57,061 bases of DNA from Deltaproteobacteria bacterium (GCA_017996625.1 JAGOGO010000003.1:1-57061), one strand, 5' to 3'. Shown: positions 38,579-47,636, counted from the first letter of the stretch. Made by a program: numbers and translations. Notes: generated from the letters alone by a model not told the origin.

Positions 38579-39580
38579 TTATTTTATTTTCAGACATTCA
38601 AAGAGAAGCCGGCAGGCTGAATACCACTCTGAGAGCTTCCGGCCATCTCCTTCCATGGTCATGCGGCCTTGATAGATGGCAACGAAGAAAGGGATCTTGC
38701 CTCGAAAAACCCGTTCCCATACTTCCTTTGTTGCGCTGAACGTAAATACTGATACCCTTTTTCTGTCGTTGAAAACAATCTCCTCGATCTTTCCCTCTCG
38801 GAGAGCAAGCAGCCAGTCTTGAGCGTCATCATTAAGACGCAGACGCATATCAGTGGAAAATCCGGATGATTTGCCCAAGCTGGCCAGTTCCCGATCACTA
38901 TTGGCTGATTCGCGGGCAAACCGAGCATGCTGCGCGGAAAAGAACTCTACTCCTTCGGGCAGCTTCCGGCCTCTTTTAGAGGATATATCCGGCAGTGGTG
39001 TCATCCGGCCGATATCGCCGGCACTGACGATGGTCTTGGCACTGGCTTCGAGAAGATCATTGAGGAGAAAAGCATCAAGAAGCGTATCTCCGATAGTGAT
39101 AACACCGTGGTGTTGCAGGATAAGAACCTTATTGTTTTTGAGAGGCTCGATAAGCTCATCACTGTTAATGATGTTCGGACTCTGCTGAGGAATGACCGGA
39201 ACATCTCCCAGAACAACGGAGTGCTCGAAGATGATCGGCCGAAAAGGAGTGCCGCTGATCGCCAGAGCAGAGATGACCGGTGGATGCGTATGGAGGATAG
39301 CCCCCGGGCGAAGGGCACGGTAGATAGCGGCATGAACAGGTGCTTCGGAAGATGGCTTTCCGGTACCGGAGATTTTTTCGCCGGAGCAGCTCATGCTGAC
39401 AATGTCGTCCTCAGCGAGAAAACCCAGGGAGCTGCCGCTTCGACTAATAAGAAAGCGGTTGTCATCAAGACGGACACTGATATTGCCGCCGCATCCCGCA
39501 GTGAGGCAGCGATCATAGCTGCGGTGGGCAATGGTGATCAATTCCTGGATTCGTGTTTTTTCATCAGCGATGGTATACAT
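38579..39580 (-). CDS. Class II aldolase/adducin-domain protein fused to a C-terminal SCP2-like domain
   Basis: The N-terminal ~200 aa carry GCGGNISVR, EAPVHAAIY, ILHTHPP and LILQHHGVITIG. The C-terminal ~110 aa (MRLRLNDDAQDWLLALREGKIEE...WERVFRGKIPFFVAIYQGRMTMEGDGRKL) follow the SCP2 pattern. Confidence 0.75.
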   Translation of the reverse strand: MYTIADEKTRIQELITIAHRSYDRCLTAGCGGNISVRLDDNRFLISRSGSSLGFLAEDDIVSMSCSGEKISGTGKPSSEAPVHAAIYRALRPGAILHTHPPVISALAISGTPFRPIIFEHSVVLGDVPVIPQQSPNIINSDELIEPLKNNKVLILQHHGVITIGDTLLDAFLLNDLLEASAKTIVSAGDIGRMTPLPDISSKRGRKLPEGVEFFSAQHARFARESANSDRELASLGKSSGFSTDMRLRLNDDAQDWLLALREGKIEEIVFNDRKRVSVFTFSATKEVWERVFRGKIPFFVAIYQGRMTMEGDGRKLSEWYSACRLLFECLKIK

Positions 39581-39677
39581 GCGTCGAGCTGCTTTTTGAG
39601 TAAGAGGTGAATAATCGACGGCTGGATCAAACTGTCCAGCCTCAATTCCTGCCGGTTCTGAGGGGCAGTATACAAGG

Positions 39678-39706
39678 TTGACAAGGCTATAGCAAGATTC
39701 TATAGT
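39678..39706 (+). promoter_or_regulatory. Strong sigma70-type promoter upstream of fdhE
   Basis: TTGACA, 17-nt spacer, TATAGT; implies a ~200-nt leader. Confidence 0.65.
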
Positions 39707-39923
39707 GACCTGGGCACCAGCACGGTATCTCCTGGCAGGCGGCGAAGAGTAAGGTGTATGAAGACGATGAGTGCCCTTTGCCTATCCTTGAGAACTCCTT
39801 ACTGCCTTAGTGATTCCATGGAGACCCAGAATGGCCATCACGGATCCAGAGGAATTTTTGTTGGGATCGCGTCGTTGCCTGTAGCAGCCCGCTCTGCTGC
39901 AGCTGTCATTGGAGGAAGCCAGC

Positions 39924-40790
39924 GTGACCAGGGAATTCGATCTCAATGCCAAGCTCCAACGCATGGCTCACATTCGTCGCACGAAACCGGCATACCAGGA
40001 AGTAATGGATTTTTATGAAAGGATCTACCGGGAAAGGGATTCGTGTTCCTCCGCCCTCGTCCTTCCGGAAATGAGGATTGAAACTCGGATTCTGAATGCC
40101 AAGCTTCAAGGTGGATTTCCTCTTCTCGACAAGGCTGCAGTCACGCTCGACCTTGTCACCCTGAGTGACTTTTTTATTCATTTGCTGCAGGTTAGCAGAG
40201 AGAAGAATCCTGATGCAGTTACTGACATCGGAGCCTTTTTCCAGCGCACTGGTCTCGAGGTAAGCACCGTGATCGGCAAAGTTTGGGAAGGGGACTTTGA
40301 ATTTATGCTGGAAGAACCTCGTGAGCTTGCTGATCCTTTTCTGCTCTACTTTCTTTTGGTAGAGTGCCTCAAACCTGTTTATACGTTTTACGCTCGTCAA
40401 CTGGAAGAGCACCTCTGGAGTAAAGATTGGGATCATGGATACTGTCCGATCTGCGGCGAGCTTCCGGCCATGAGCGAGATCGCTGTAAAAGCATCACAGC
40501 GCAATTTGTTCTGCGTTTACTGTGAGACGACATGGCCGTTTGATCCGGGCCGGTGTCCCTTCTGCGGCAAAGAGGACGAAGACGGTCGCTCGTATCTATG
40601 GGTAGGAAATGAGCGCGAATACCGTATTGAAGTGTGCTCGGAATGTGGGCGATATCTCAAGGTGGTGGACACAGACATTCTGGGGGAGCGGGTTCCACTC
40701 GATGTGGAAAATATTGCCACGCTGCATATTGACATAATGGCCCAACAGCATGGATACGAGCGCGGTGCACCGATACAGCTATTGATCTGA
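39924..40790 (+). CDS. fdhE: FdhE-family protein (formate dehydrogenase accessory/rubredoxin-like)
   Basis: Four CxxC motifs in FdhE order: CPICG, CVYCE, CPFCG, CSECG. GTG 39924 with GGAGGA 9 nt upstream; TTG 39909 is an alternative. Confidence 0.8.
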   Translation: MTREFDLNAKLQRMAHIRRTKPAYQEVMDFYERIYRERDSCSSALVLPEMRIETRILNAKLQGGFPLLDKAAVTLDLVTLSDFFIHLLQVSREKNPDAVTDIGAFFQRTGLEVSTVIGKVWEGDFEFMLEEPRELADPFLLYFLLVECLKPVYTFYARQLEEHLWSKDWDHGYCPICGELPAMSEIAVKASQRNLFCVYCETTWPFDPGRCPFCGKEDEDGRSYLWVGNEREYRIEVCSECGRYLKVVDTDILGERVPLDVENIATLHIDIMAQQHGYERGAPIQLLI

Positions 40791-40810
40791 AGAGGTTCAA
40801 GGTTCCAGGT

Positions 40811-40850
40811 GGGGCAGTAAGGAGCAAAGATTTACTCCTCACTCTTGACT
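40811..40850. repeat. Word-repeat tract (AGTAAGGAG / CTCCTCACT words)
   Basis: GCAGTAAGGAGCAAAGATTTACTCCTCACTCTTGAC; the same words occur at 15498-15527 and 16741-16774. Confidence 0.6.
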
Positions 40851-40862
40851 GTATTTTGAACC

Positions 40863-41774
40863 TTATTTATGCACCGGTATCTTAAACGTCATAAGATCCC
40901 GTCCGATAACGGCGTGAGGGAAGACAGCACGGGCTTCATGGAGCAGTTCATCAATCCGGGTGTACCGTGGGCTGATATGAGTAAGCACAAGTTTCCGGAC
41001 CCGTGCAGCTTTAGCTATCTGCGCGGCCTGAGTTACTGTTGAATGGGCTTTGCGGTGAGCCTCTTCTTCCATATCATTGGCGAACATGCCTTCATGGATC
41101 AGCAGATCTGCGTCTTCCGCAAGGCTCACGACTGCCGGGCAAGGTCTGGTATCCGTCACATAGACGAACTTCCTACCACTGCGGGGAGGCCCCATCACCA
41201 TCTCAGGATGCACAACGGTTCCATCCGGCGCACTCACGCTTTCACCACGCTGCAGTTTTCCAAACAGGGGGCCTTCAGGGATTCCCAGGAGCTGTGCTTG
41301 TTCTGGGTAAAATCGACCAGGCCGAGGCTTCTCCTGAAAGGAGAACGCAAACGTTCTCGGCCGATGGTCGACCTCCGCCGCCTCGATCCAGAACTCATTC
41401 TGAACATAACAGCGGCCTTCGGTGACTTCACGGATATCCAGGTAATACGTTGGGTTAAAGCCCAAGCATTTCCTTATCATGGAAACGAACTCCTTTGTTC
41501 CCGCAGGACCGAATAAGAGCAGCGGTTTCTCACGTGACTGATGCATGATAGTCATCAGGAGTCCGGGAAGACCGGTAACATGGTCACCATGCAGATGGGT
41601 AAGAAAAACAGCTTCCAGTTTACCCGGGTTCAGTGACGCACGGCTAATCTGGACCTGAGTACCCTCGCCGCAATCGAAAAGAAATAGGCTTCCTTCTCGC
41701 TGTAACGCGACGGAAGGAAGACTGCGTCGCAGTGTGGGGATAGCCCCTCCGGTTCCGAGTAATGTGACTTCCAT
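40863..41774 (-). CDS. rnz: Ribonuclease Z (tRNA 3' endonuclease, MBL fold)
   Basis: MEVTLLGTGGAIPT, LFDCGEGTQ, FLTHLHGDHV and a C-terminal HST...LTHISPRY. Start placed at ATG 41774. Confidence 0.85.
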   Translation of the reverse strand: MEVTLLGTGGAIPTLRRSLPSVALQREGSLFLFDCGEGTQVQISRASLNPGKLEAVFLTHLHGDHVTGLPGLLMTIMHQSREKPLLLFGPAGTKEFVSMIRKCLGFNPTYYLDIREVTEGRCYVQNEFWIEAAEVDHRPRTFAFSFQEKPRPGRFYPEQAQLLGIPEGPLFGKLQRGESVSAPDGTVVHPEMVMGPPRSGRKFVYVTDTRPCPAVVSLAEDADLLIHEGMFANDMEEEAHRKAHSTVTQAAQIAKAARVRKLVLTHISPRYTRIDELLHEARAVFPHAVIGRDLMTFKIPVHK

Positions 41775-42024
41775 AATAGTCTCTGTGCCGCTGGCTGCAT
41801 CGGACAGGCGTGCGGCTGCCGCGTGTCCTTTAGGATGAGGTTCGAGGTGCAATGATGCATCAAGAATTGATCCGGTCGAAATATGATACCAAGGCTATCG
41901 GGAAAATGGAATCCCTGTTTTATCTGTTTTTCTGACGAACCGAGCCGTATCATTCCCATCGCCTCGGCTTGGGGGGAAACGCATAGCTTTCGGGCGCCTA
42001 ATGAGGCTAGTGAACGTATGCCGG

Positions 42025-42053
42025 TTGACGCTAGCTGATCCGCATGGTATTAA
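42025..42053 (+). promoter_or_regulatory. Sigma70-type promoter upstream of the PilZ gene
   Basis: TTGACG, 17-nt spacer, TATTAA. Confidence 0.5.
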
Positions 42054-42129
42054 TTAAATATTGCCGCTCCACGGGATAACGCCCTTATCGCCAGGCAAAA
42101 GCTTCTAAGACCCAGCCTTGAAGGAGAAC

Positions 42130-42639
42130 ATGATGACAAACTCAGATTACCTACGAAAAGGAACGCTGGCGTGCCCTTACTGTACGAAGGAGATACCCGC
42201 TAAGGTTTCTGCATGCCCGTGGTGCGGAGTAAGTTACGGATCGGAAACGATACAGTTAGTCAGGAGCTTTGTTGTCGATGAAGTTCTTCGATCGGACGAA
42301 AAGGAGAATGACAGCAACCCTAAGAGATTCAAGATCGTCTACCAGACGCAGGAAGCCTTTGCCAATAGCTATCTGGCGAATATCGGCAAAGGTGGCATCT
42401 TCATCAGGACTGAGCGCCCACTGGAAAAAGGTTCCCAGTTCTCCTTGAAGATCTTTCTGCCCGATGGCGGAAAGGAACTGGAAGTCTCCTGTGAGGTTGT
42501 GTGGTCCAATGCACCGGAAGCTGCAGCATTGCAGGACAACGCCTCTTCAGGCATGGGAGTTCGTTTCCTCAATCCCGATCATGAAACATTGTCACGCATC
42601 AATCAACTGCTGGGGGTATCTGACTCAGCAGAGTGTTGA
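42130..42639 (+). CDS. Zinc-ribbon plus PilZ-domain protein
   Basis: CPYC...CPWC at the N-terminus. The PilZ-like C-terminus reads ANIGKGGIFIRT...FSLKIFLP...EVVWSN...GMGVRF. ATG 42130 follows AAGGAGA. Confidence 0.7.
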   Translation: MMTNSDYLRKGTLACPYCTKEIPAKVSACPWCGVSYGSETIQLVRSFVVDEVLRSDEKENDSNPKRFKIVYQTQEAFANSYLANIGKGGIFIRTERPLEKGSQFSLKIFLPDGGKELEVSCEVVWSNAPEAAALQDNASSGMGVRFLNPDHETLSRINQLLGVSDSAEC

Positions 42640-42765
42640 AAAGAGCCACAGTGGCTGCAGGTTCCAGGTTCCACATTTCAGATCGCAATACGCACATCAC
42701 GCATCATCAACCGCCCGCTCGCTGCCTTGCCGAACGTTGCCAATCGCGTCTGCTTTCGAGTGCTT

Positions 42766-43491
42766 TTAGCTGATCGCTTCTCCCGGCTTCAAAACAAGGA
42801 TCTTGATTTCCGGCAGCTCCTGCATGAGGGCCTGAAATTTCTCCGGTGTTCCTGTCAGTACGGAAAAGGTCCCATAGTGCATAGGAATCACCAGCTTGGG
42901 CTTAAGCAGCTTACAGGCATAGGCGGCTTCGGACGGACCCATCACATAATGATCACCGATCGGTACCAGAGCTACCTCTGGACGATACATCTCTCCGATG
43001 ATCTTCATGTCGCCGAACACTCCCGTGTCACCTGCATGATACAGAGAGAATCCGGTTTTGAATAGAATGATGAATCCGGCTGCTTCTCCGCCATAGATAA
43101 CCTGGTTGTCTTCAATAAGTGATGAGCTGTGAAGAGCGTGGACCATGGTCACACGTGCATCCCGCACGGTAACGGTTCCTCCTTTATTCATCCCGATTGC
43201 CTTGTCGGCAGCAAGTCCTTTTCTAACAAGATAGTGAGCAATTTCGGGCATAGAAACGGTCGATGCGCCGGTTCTCTTGGCGATGGAGAGAGCATCCCCC
43301 AGATGATCGCCATGAGCGTGGGTGATAAGAATGGCATCAGGCTTTGCTAGATCCTTGGCGCTTTCAGGGGCTTGAGGGTTTCCCGTGATCCAGGGATCAA
43401 TGAGGAGCGATGTGTCCTGAGAAACGATAGAAAAGCAGGCGTGTCCCAGGTAGGTGATGCTGATGCCGTTATTGAGTATCGCTTCTGCCAC
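42766..43491 (-). CDS. UPF0173-family metal-dependent hydrolase (MBL fold)
   Basis: ISITYLGHACFSI, LLIDPW, ILITHAHGDHLGD. GTG 43491 follows AGGAGG and overlaps the manB stop by 23 nt. Confidence 0.8.
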   Translation of the reverse strand: MAEAILNNGISITYLGHACFSIVSQDTSLLIDPWITGNPQAPESAKDLAKPDAILITHAHGDHLGDALSIAKRTGASTVSMPEIAHYLVRKGLAADKAIGMNKGGTVTVRDARVTMVHALHSSSLIEDNQVIYGGEAAGFIILFKTGFSLYHAGDTGVFGDMKIIGEMYRPEVALVPIGDHYVMGPSEAAYACKLLKPKLVIPMHYGTFSVLTGTPEKFQALMQELPEIKILVLKPGEAIS

Positions 43492-44863
43492 AGTGACCTC
43501 CTTCCTCTCCGGTTTTGATAGCAGCTCGCACCTTGGCGGTGACGAGCGACTGAATGGCATCGAGTGCGTTTTGATCTCGCGCCTCGAAGCGAAGCACCAG
43601 TACCGGCTGCGTATTGGAGGCTCGTATCAGTCCCCAGCCTTTATCGAAGAGAATCCGCGCTCCGTCTACATCAATGACCCGGTAGTGGCGCTTAAAATGC
43701 GCTGCCAGTTCTTCTACTACTTGGAATTTGATTCTGTCGCTGCATTCAATGCGAATTTCAGGCGTGGCAACCATGTGAGGAACATCCGCCAGCAGAGCAG
43801 AAAGCTTCTTGTCCGTGTGAGACAGAATTTCGAGCAGTCGCGCTCCGGCATAGAGTGCGTCGTCGTATCCATAATAGCGGTTCGCAAAAAAGATGTGTCC
43901 GCTCATTTCTCCTGCCAAGGCTGCGCCTGTTTCCCGCAGCTTGGATTTCATGAGTGAATGACCAACCTTCCACATGATTGCGGTGCCGCCGTGTTGTTCG
44001 ATGTCGTCGAAAAGTGTTTGAGAACATTTCACTTCTGCAACAAAGACGGCTCCGGGAATTTGTTTGAGAATCGCACGGGAGAAAATGATCATAAGCTGGT
44101 CTCCCCAGATGATCGAACCATTCTCATCGACAACTCCGATTCGGTCTGCATCGCCGTCGAAAGCAATACCCAGATCAGCTTTTTCAGCTTTGACCGCCTG
44201 AATGAGTTCATCCAGATTCTGAGGAACAGTAGGATCGGGGTGGTGATGAGGAAAGCTGCCGTCAGGTTCTGAGAACAGCTCGACAACCTCCACACCGAGG
44301 GATCGGTAGAGAGTGCCGGCAACCAGCCCGGCAGTGCCGTTGCCAGCATCGATAACAATCTTGCGCCTGTGATCACCCATAACGATGAACTGTTTCACCG
44401 CATTTAAATAAGGAGCTTTGATATTTGCAAAATCCATCTGCCCCGCACCTTGGGCAAAATTTTCTCGTTCCATAATTGTTCTAATTACTTGAATCTCGTT
44501 GCCGAAGATGGTGGATTTGCCCAGGCAGATTTTGAATCCGTTCTCCTCCGGCGGGTTATGGCTGCCGGTGATCATCACGCCACCGTCGACAGAGAGGTTG
44601 AAAAGAGAGTAGTAGAGGAGGGGGGTAGGCACAATCGAGAGGTCGATTATAGTACACCCGCAATCGATAAGTCCTCGGGAGAGCTGGTGATGAAGCCGCG
44701 GAGAGCTGAGCCTGCAATCACGGCCGAGAGCTATCGCTTGGGAGCCTCGATCGGCGAAGTAGGTTCCAAGTGCGCGCCCGAGGCGGTACGCACTGTCATT
44801 GGCGAAATCTTTTTCCGCATTGCCTCGTATGTCATACTCCCGGAAGATATATGGGTTGTCCAT
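43469..44863 (-). CDS. manB: Phosphomannomutase/phosphoglucomutase
   Basis: FREYDIRG, active-site loop MITGSHNPPEENGFK, metal loop FDGDADR. Confidence 0.9.
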   Translation of the reverse strand: MDNPYIFREYDIRGNAEKDFANDSAYRLGRALGTYFADRGSQAIALGRDCRLSSPRLHHQLSRGLIDCGCTIIDLSIVPTPLLYYSLFNLSVDGGVMITGSHNPPEENGFKICLGKSTIFGNEIQVIRTIMERENFAQGAGQMDFANIKAPYLNAVKQFIVMGDHRRKIVIDAGNGTAGLVAGTLYRSLGVEVVELFSEPDGSFPHHHPDPTVPQNLDELIQAVKAEKADLGIAFDGDADRIGVVDENGSIIWGDQLMIIFSRAILKQIPGAVFVAEVKCSQTLFDDIEQHGGTAIMWKVGHSLMKSKLRETGAALAGEMSGHIFFANRYYGYDDALYAGARLLEILSHTDKKLSALLADVPHMVATPEIRIECSDRIKFQVVEELAAHFKRHYRVIDVDGARILFDKGWGLIRASNTQPVLVLRFEARDQNALDAIQSLVTAKVRAAIKTGEEGGHCGRSDTQ

Positions 44864-44873
44864 CTCAACCTCC

Positions 44874-45959
44874 TTACAAAAGCGAACGCAGTTTCCGCTC
44901 TTCGAGCTCTTTGATGACCCTTTTCACATCTTGAGACTTCTTCATGTCTGCTACGAACAGAGCATCATTGGTGTTAACGATAATGGTGTTCTGTAACCCA
45001 AGTGCCACCACGATGTGATTCGTCTGATTCATGACGAATGACGATGAGGTGTCGAGCAGGATACTATCGCCAATCGCTACGTTCCCATCAGCATCGGATT
45101 CTTTTTTGCGAACTTCATAGAGAGACTCCCAGCTTCCCACATCGCTCCAGCCGAAGTCGCCCGGCAGGGTAACGACTGAGCGGCGGGTTTTTTCCATAAT
45201 GCCGTAATCGATTGAAACCGAAGGAAAGGTATCGTAGGCGGCTCGAAGGGCGGCAGGAAACTGGTCGGTCCCGAGAGAATGCTCGACATGAAGCAATTCA
45301 TTGTAGACCGAAGGCAGATGGATTTGCATTTCGTCAAGGATCGTGCGAGCAGAGAAAATAAAGATCCCTCCATTCCAGAAAAACTCTCCGCTGTCCAGAT
45401 ACTGCAAGGCATCAGTGAGACCAGGTTTCTCAACAAATCGCCTAACCTGATAGACCGGAAAGCCGGCTACAGTTTCCCGTACCGGTCCTCTCTGCAGGTA
45501 TCCATAGCCGGTTTCTGGCCGGGTTGGAAGTAGACCGATGGTAACAATGTCACCCTGTCGAGCAAGTTCACACCCGGCCAGGATCACAGCTCGAAAGCCG
45601 TCTTCGTCGGCAATGTAATGGTCTGCTGGCAGAACGATCATGGGAGTGTCAGCACTACCTGTTTCTCTCAGGTACGCAGCTGCCAGACCGATGCACGGAG
45701 CGGTATTTCGCCCCCGGGGTTCTTCGAAAATAACTGTTTGGCTGCCTGCTCCATATCTCGTAAGCAGCTCATGGTGTTCTTCGCTTCCTACGATGATGAT
45801 GCGATTGTCAGCACATAACGGCCGCACCCGTTTCATCGTAAGTTCGAGCATGGTTTCAGAACCGAGAATGGTGAGAAATTGCTTTGGCAGCATGCTCCTG
45901 CTTGCAGGCCAGAAGCGGGTGCCGGATCCGCCCGCCATGATAACTGCATACCTATCCAT
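44874..45959 (-). CDS. manC: Mannose-1-phosphate guanylyltransferase
   Basis: AVIMAGGSGTRFWPASR; about 360 aa with no isomerase domain. Confidence 0.88.
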   Translation of the reverse strand: MDRYAVIMAGGSGTRFWPASRSMLPKQFLTILGSETMLELTMKRVRPLCADNRIIIVGSEEHHELLTRYGAGSQTVIFEEPRGRNTAPCIGLAAAYLRETGSADTPMIVLPADHYIADEDGFRAVILAGCELARQGDIVTIGLLPTRPETGYGYLQRGPVRETVAGFPVYQVRRFVEKPGLTDALQYLDSGEFFWNGGIFIFSARTILDEMQIHLPSVYNELLHVEHSLGTDQFPAALRAAYDTFPSVSIDYGIMEKTRRSVVTLPGDFGWSDVGSWESLYEVRKKESDADGNVAIGDSILLDTSSSFVMNQTNHIVVALGLQNTIIVNTNDALFVADMKKSQDVKRVIKELEERKLRSLL

Positions 45960-46074
45960 TCGTTACCTCAGATGTTGAATGGCCTGCTTCGAGGGTGCAC
46001 TGAGAGCTCGGGCAAGCATTGAATGAATCGTCTGGCAAATAGATTGCTTGGAATATCCGTAACTTATGAATCAC

Positions 46075-46103
46075 ACTATACCGAAAAACCATGTGACTGT
46101 CAA
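46075..46103 (-). promoter_or_regulatory. Strong sigma70-type promoter for manC-manB-UPF0173
   Basis: Minus strand: TTGACA (46103-46098), 17-nt spacer, TATAGT (46080-46075). Confidence 0.65.
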
Positions 46104-46192
46104 TCTGTTTTGCTGAAGGAAGGTTACAGGGGGTGGATCAGGTAAGGATGAGCTTGCTTCTCTCTAAGCATACTCCATCTCTTCTGTCGTTT

Positions 46193-47134
46193 TCACTTGA
46201 TTGCTGTTTTACTGGCTGCTTCGCTGTTCCAGGTTTCGATGACAGCCAGAAGCACGTCTTGCCAGTTCATATCCACTGTAAGTGTCTGGTAGATTTCAGA
46301 TGGGTAGTTGCGTAGGATCTCCAGCGCGGAAAGGTAGTCGTTCAGCTCTCTTGATAGTGGACCTGGCATGCCATCAGATAGCAGCACAGCTCGAGTCTCA
46401 TCGTAAAGATCGACAGGAGCGGGATTTCCGGAGAGGTACGGCCCCCACCTGCCGGCAAGCTTTTCCAGTCGGCGCATCAGGGAAAGATAACGGTTGAACT
46501 GAATGGTGAGGTTCGTGTTGGTATCGAGAGTGATCTGATTCACAGCATTTTCGAGAAGGGCAGCTTGAGGACCGGCGCGGACGAGATCATGAAGCTGGAA
46601 AGAACCGACGTCCTGGATCAAGAGGGCGTCCACAGCGAATTCAAGGGCCAGGTGCAGTGCCATTCGGTTGGTTTGGCCGGTCCGGGCTTGAAGCATATCC
46701 ACCCACATCCCGTTGCCTTCGAGATAGCCATCAAAAAGATTGTGCACCGCGATGTCGGCGAATACGTGCGTTTTTATTCCTTCTGCAAAAAAAGAAAGAT
46801 CGATGTTCCAGGGATGAAGAGCGCTTGTGACAGTCTGATACAGGATTGTCTCCGGATCCAGATCCGGAAGAGCATCGAACCCGTGCAACTGATCAGCGCT
46901 GGCAGGATCGAGCTGCCCGGTGTCTTCCAAGTACCAGAAGAAATCCGGGACTAGTGATCCCATGCGGGCATTATAACTTGCCAGAGGAACCTGGCTGACA
47001 TTGAGGCAGGTTGCGGCAATAAATGCGTGCGTCGAGCCGCTCCAGCCGTGAGCGCAACGATCTTCTGCAACTTGATCTGCTGTCCAGGCTAAAAGCAACA
47101 GGGGAACAAAAGCCAGAGCCTTCCCTCTCATCAT
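46193..47134 (-). CDS. Secreted hypothetical protein, possibly of the zinc-dependent phospholipase C / S1-P1 nuclease-like fold
   Basis: Signal peptide MMRGKALAFVPLLLLAWTA, then HGWSGSTHAFIA and several His/Asp-rich helices. The family call is weak. Confidence 0.45.
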   Translation of the reverse strand: MMRGKALAFVPLLLLAWTADQVAEDRCAHGWSGSTHAFIAATCLNVSQVPLASYNARMGSLVPDFFWYLEDTGQLDPASADQLHGFDALPDLDPETILYQTVTSALHPWNIDLSFFAEGIKTHVFADIAVHNLFDGYLEGNGMWVDMLQARTGQTNRMALHLALEFAVDALLIQDVGSFQLHDLVRAGPQAALLENAVNQITLDTNTNLTIQFNRYLSLMRRLEKLAGRWGPYLSGNPAPVDLYDETRAVLLSDGMPGPLSRELNDYLSALEILRNYPSEIYQTLTVDMNWQDVLLAVIETWNSEAASKTAIK

Positions 47135-47251
47135 TGTTTTTCCTCCGGCATGAGCCAGAGACGCTGTTTACCGGCGCCGCGGCAAAGGCAAACCCGAAAC
47201 AGTATCTTGTGTTGTCGTTATGGATGATTATTTTGTTACTGTACTGGGCAT

Positions 47252-47280
47252 AGCATAGCATATCGGTTGATTGTTGACAA
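47252..47280 (-). promoter_or_regulatory. Candidate promoter for the 46193-47134 gene
   Basis: Minus strand: TTGTCA, 17-nt spacer, TATGCT. Confidence 0.45.
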
Positions 47281-47470
47281 TGAATGGGAAAGCATACCTT
47301 CTGAGTCGGTGTGCCTGCGGAACTGGCAGCGGTTTGTGGTGCTCCTCATAGGAGCAGAGAGTGTTTAGCCTGTCGGGGATAATTAGATCTGAAACACTAA
47401 GCACCGGATATCACGAGTGCAGTGAAGTGCCCATTCAAAATGGAAACAGTTTAGAATGAGGTAGGTAACA

Positions 47471-47617
47471 ATGCTAGATGTAGTAGCTGCAATAAATATC
47501 TTCCTCTTTGCAGTAGCATTTGGATTCTTGTGTCTCGTATCACAGGAAGAAGCTCGAGCAGAAGAGCGAGCTAAAAGGGAATACCGTGTAAAGAGGACAG
47601 AAAAAAAGGCTGCCTGA
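47471..47617 (+). CDS. Unannotated small ORF: 48-aa single-TM peptide with a highly charged C-terminal tail
   Basis: Own translation: MLDVVAAINIFLFAVAFGFLCLVSQEEARAEERAKREYRVKRTEKKAA. GAGGTAGG lies 5-10 nt upstream. It falls below the 60-aa cutoff of the ORF track. Confidence 0.45.
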   Translation: MLDVVAAINIFLFAVAFGFLCLVSQEEARAEERAKREYRVKRTEKKAA

Positions 47618-47636
47618 CAAACAGAGCAGGCAGCCT
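47600..47636 (-). terminator. Rho-independent terminator for a minus-strand transcript
   Basis: Minus strand: AGGCTGCCTG-N10-CAGGCAGCCT (perfect 10-bp stem) followed by T7. The stem overlaps the stop codon of the 48-aa ORF on the plus strand. Confidence 0.8.

Noticed and set aside
39758-40018. 86-aa ORF in the fdhE leader
   Set aside because: The AAGGTG lies only ~3 nt from the ATG, the ORF runs out of frame into fdhE, and its composition is Ser/Gly/Arg-rich. It is most likely non-coding leader.
47324-47338. Sigma54-like TGGCAG-N5-TTGT upstream of the 48-aa ORF
   Set aside because: The -12 element lacks the invariant GC (TTGT instead of TTGC), so it is not called as a promoter.
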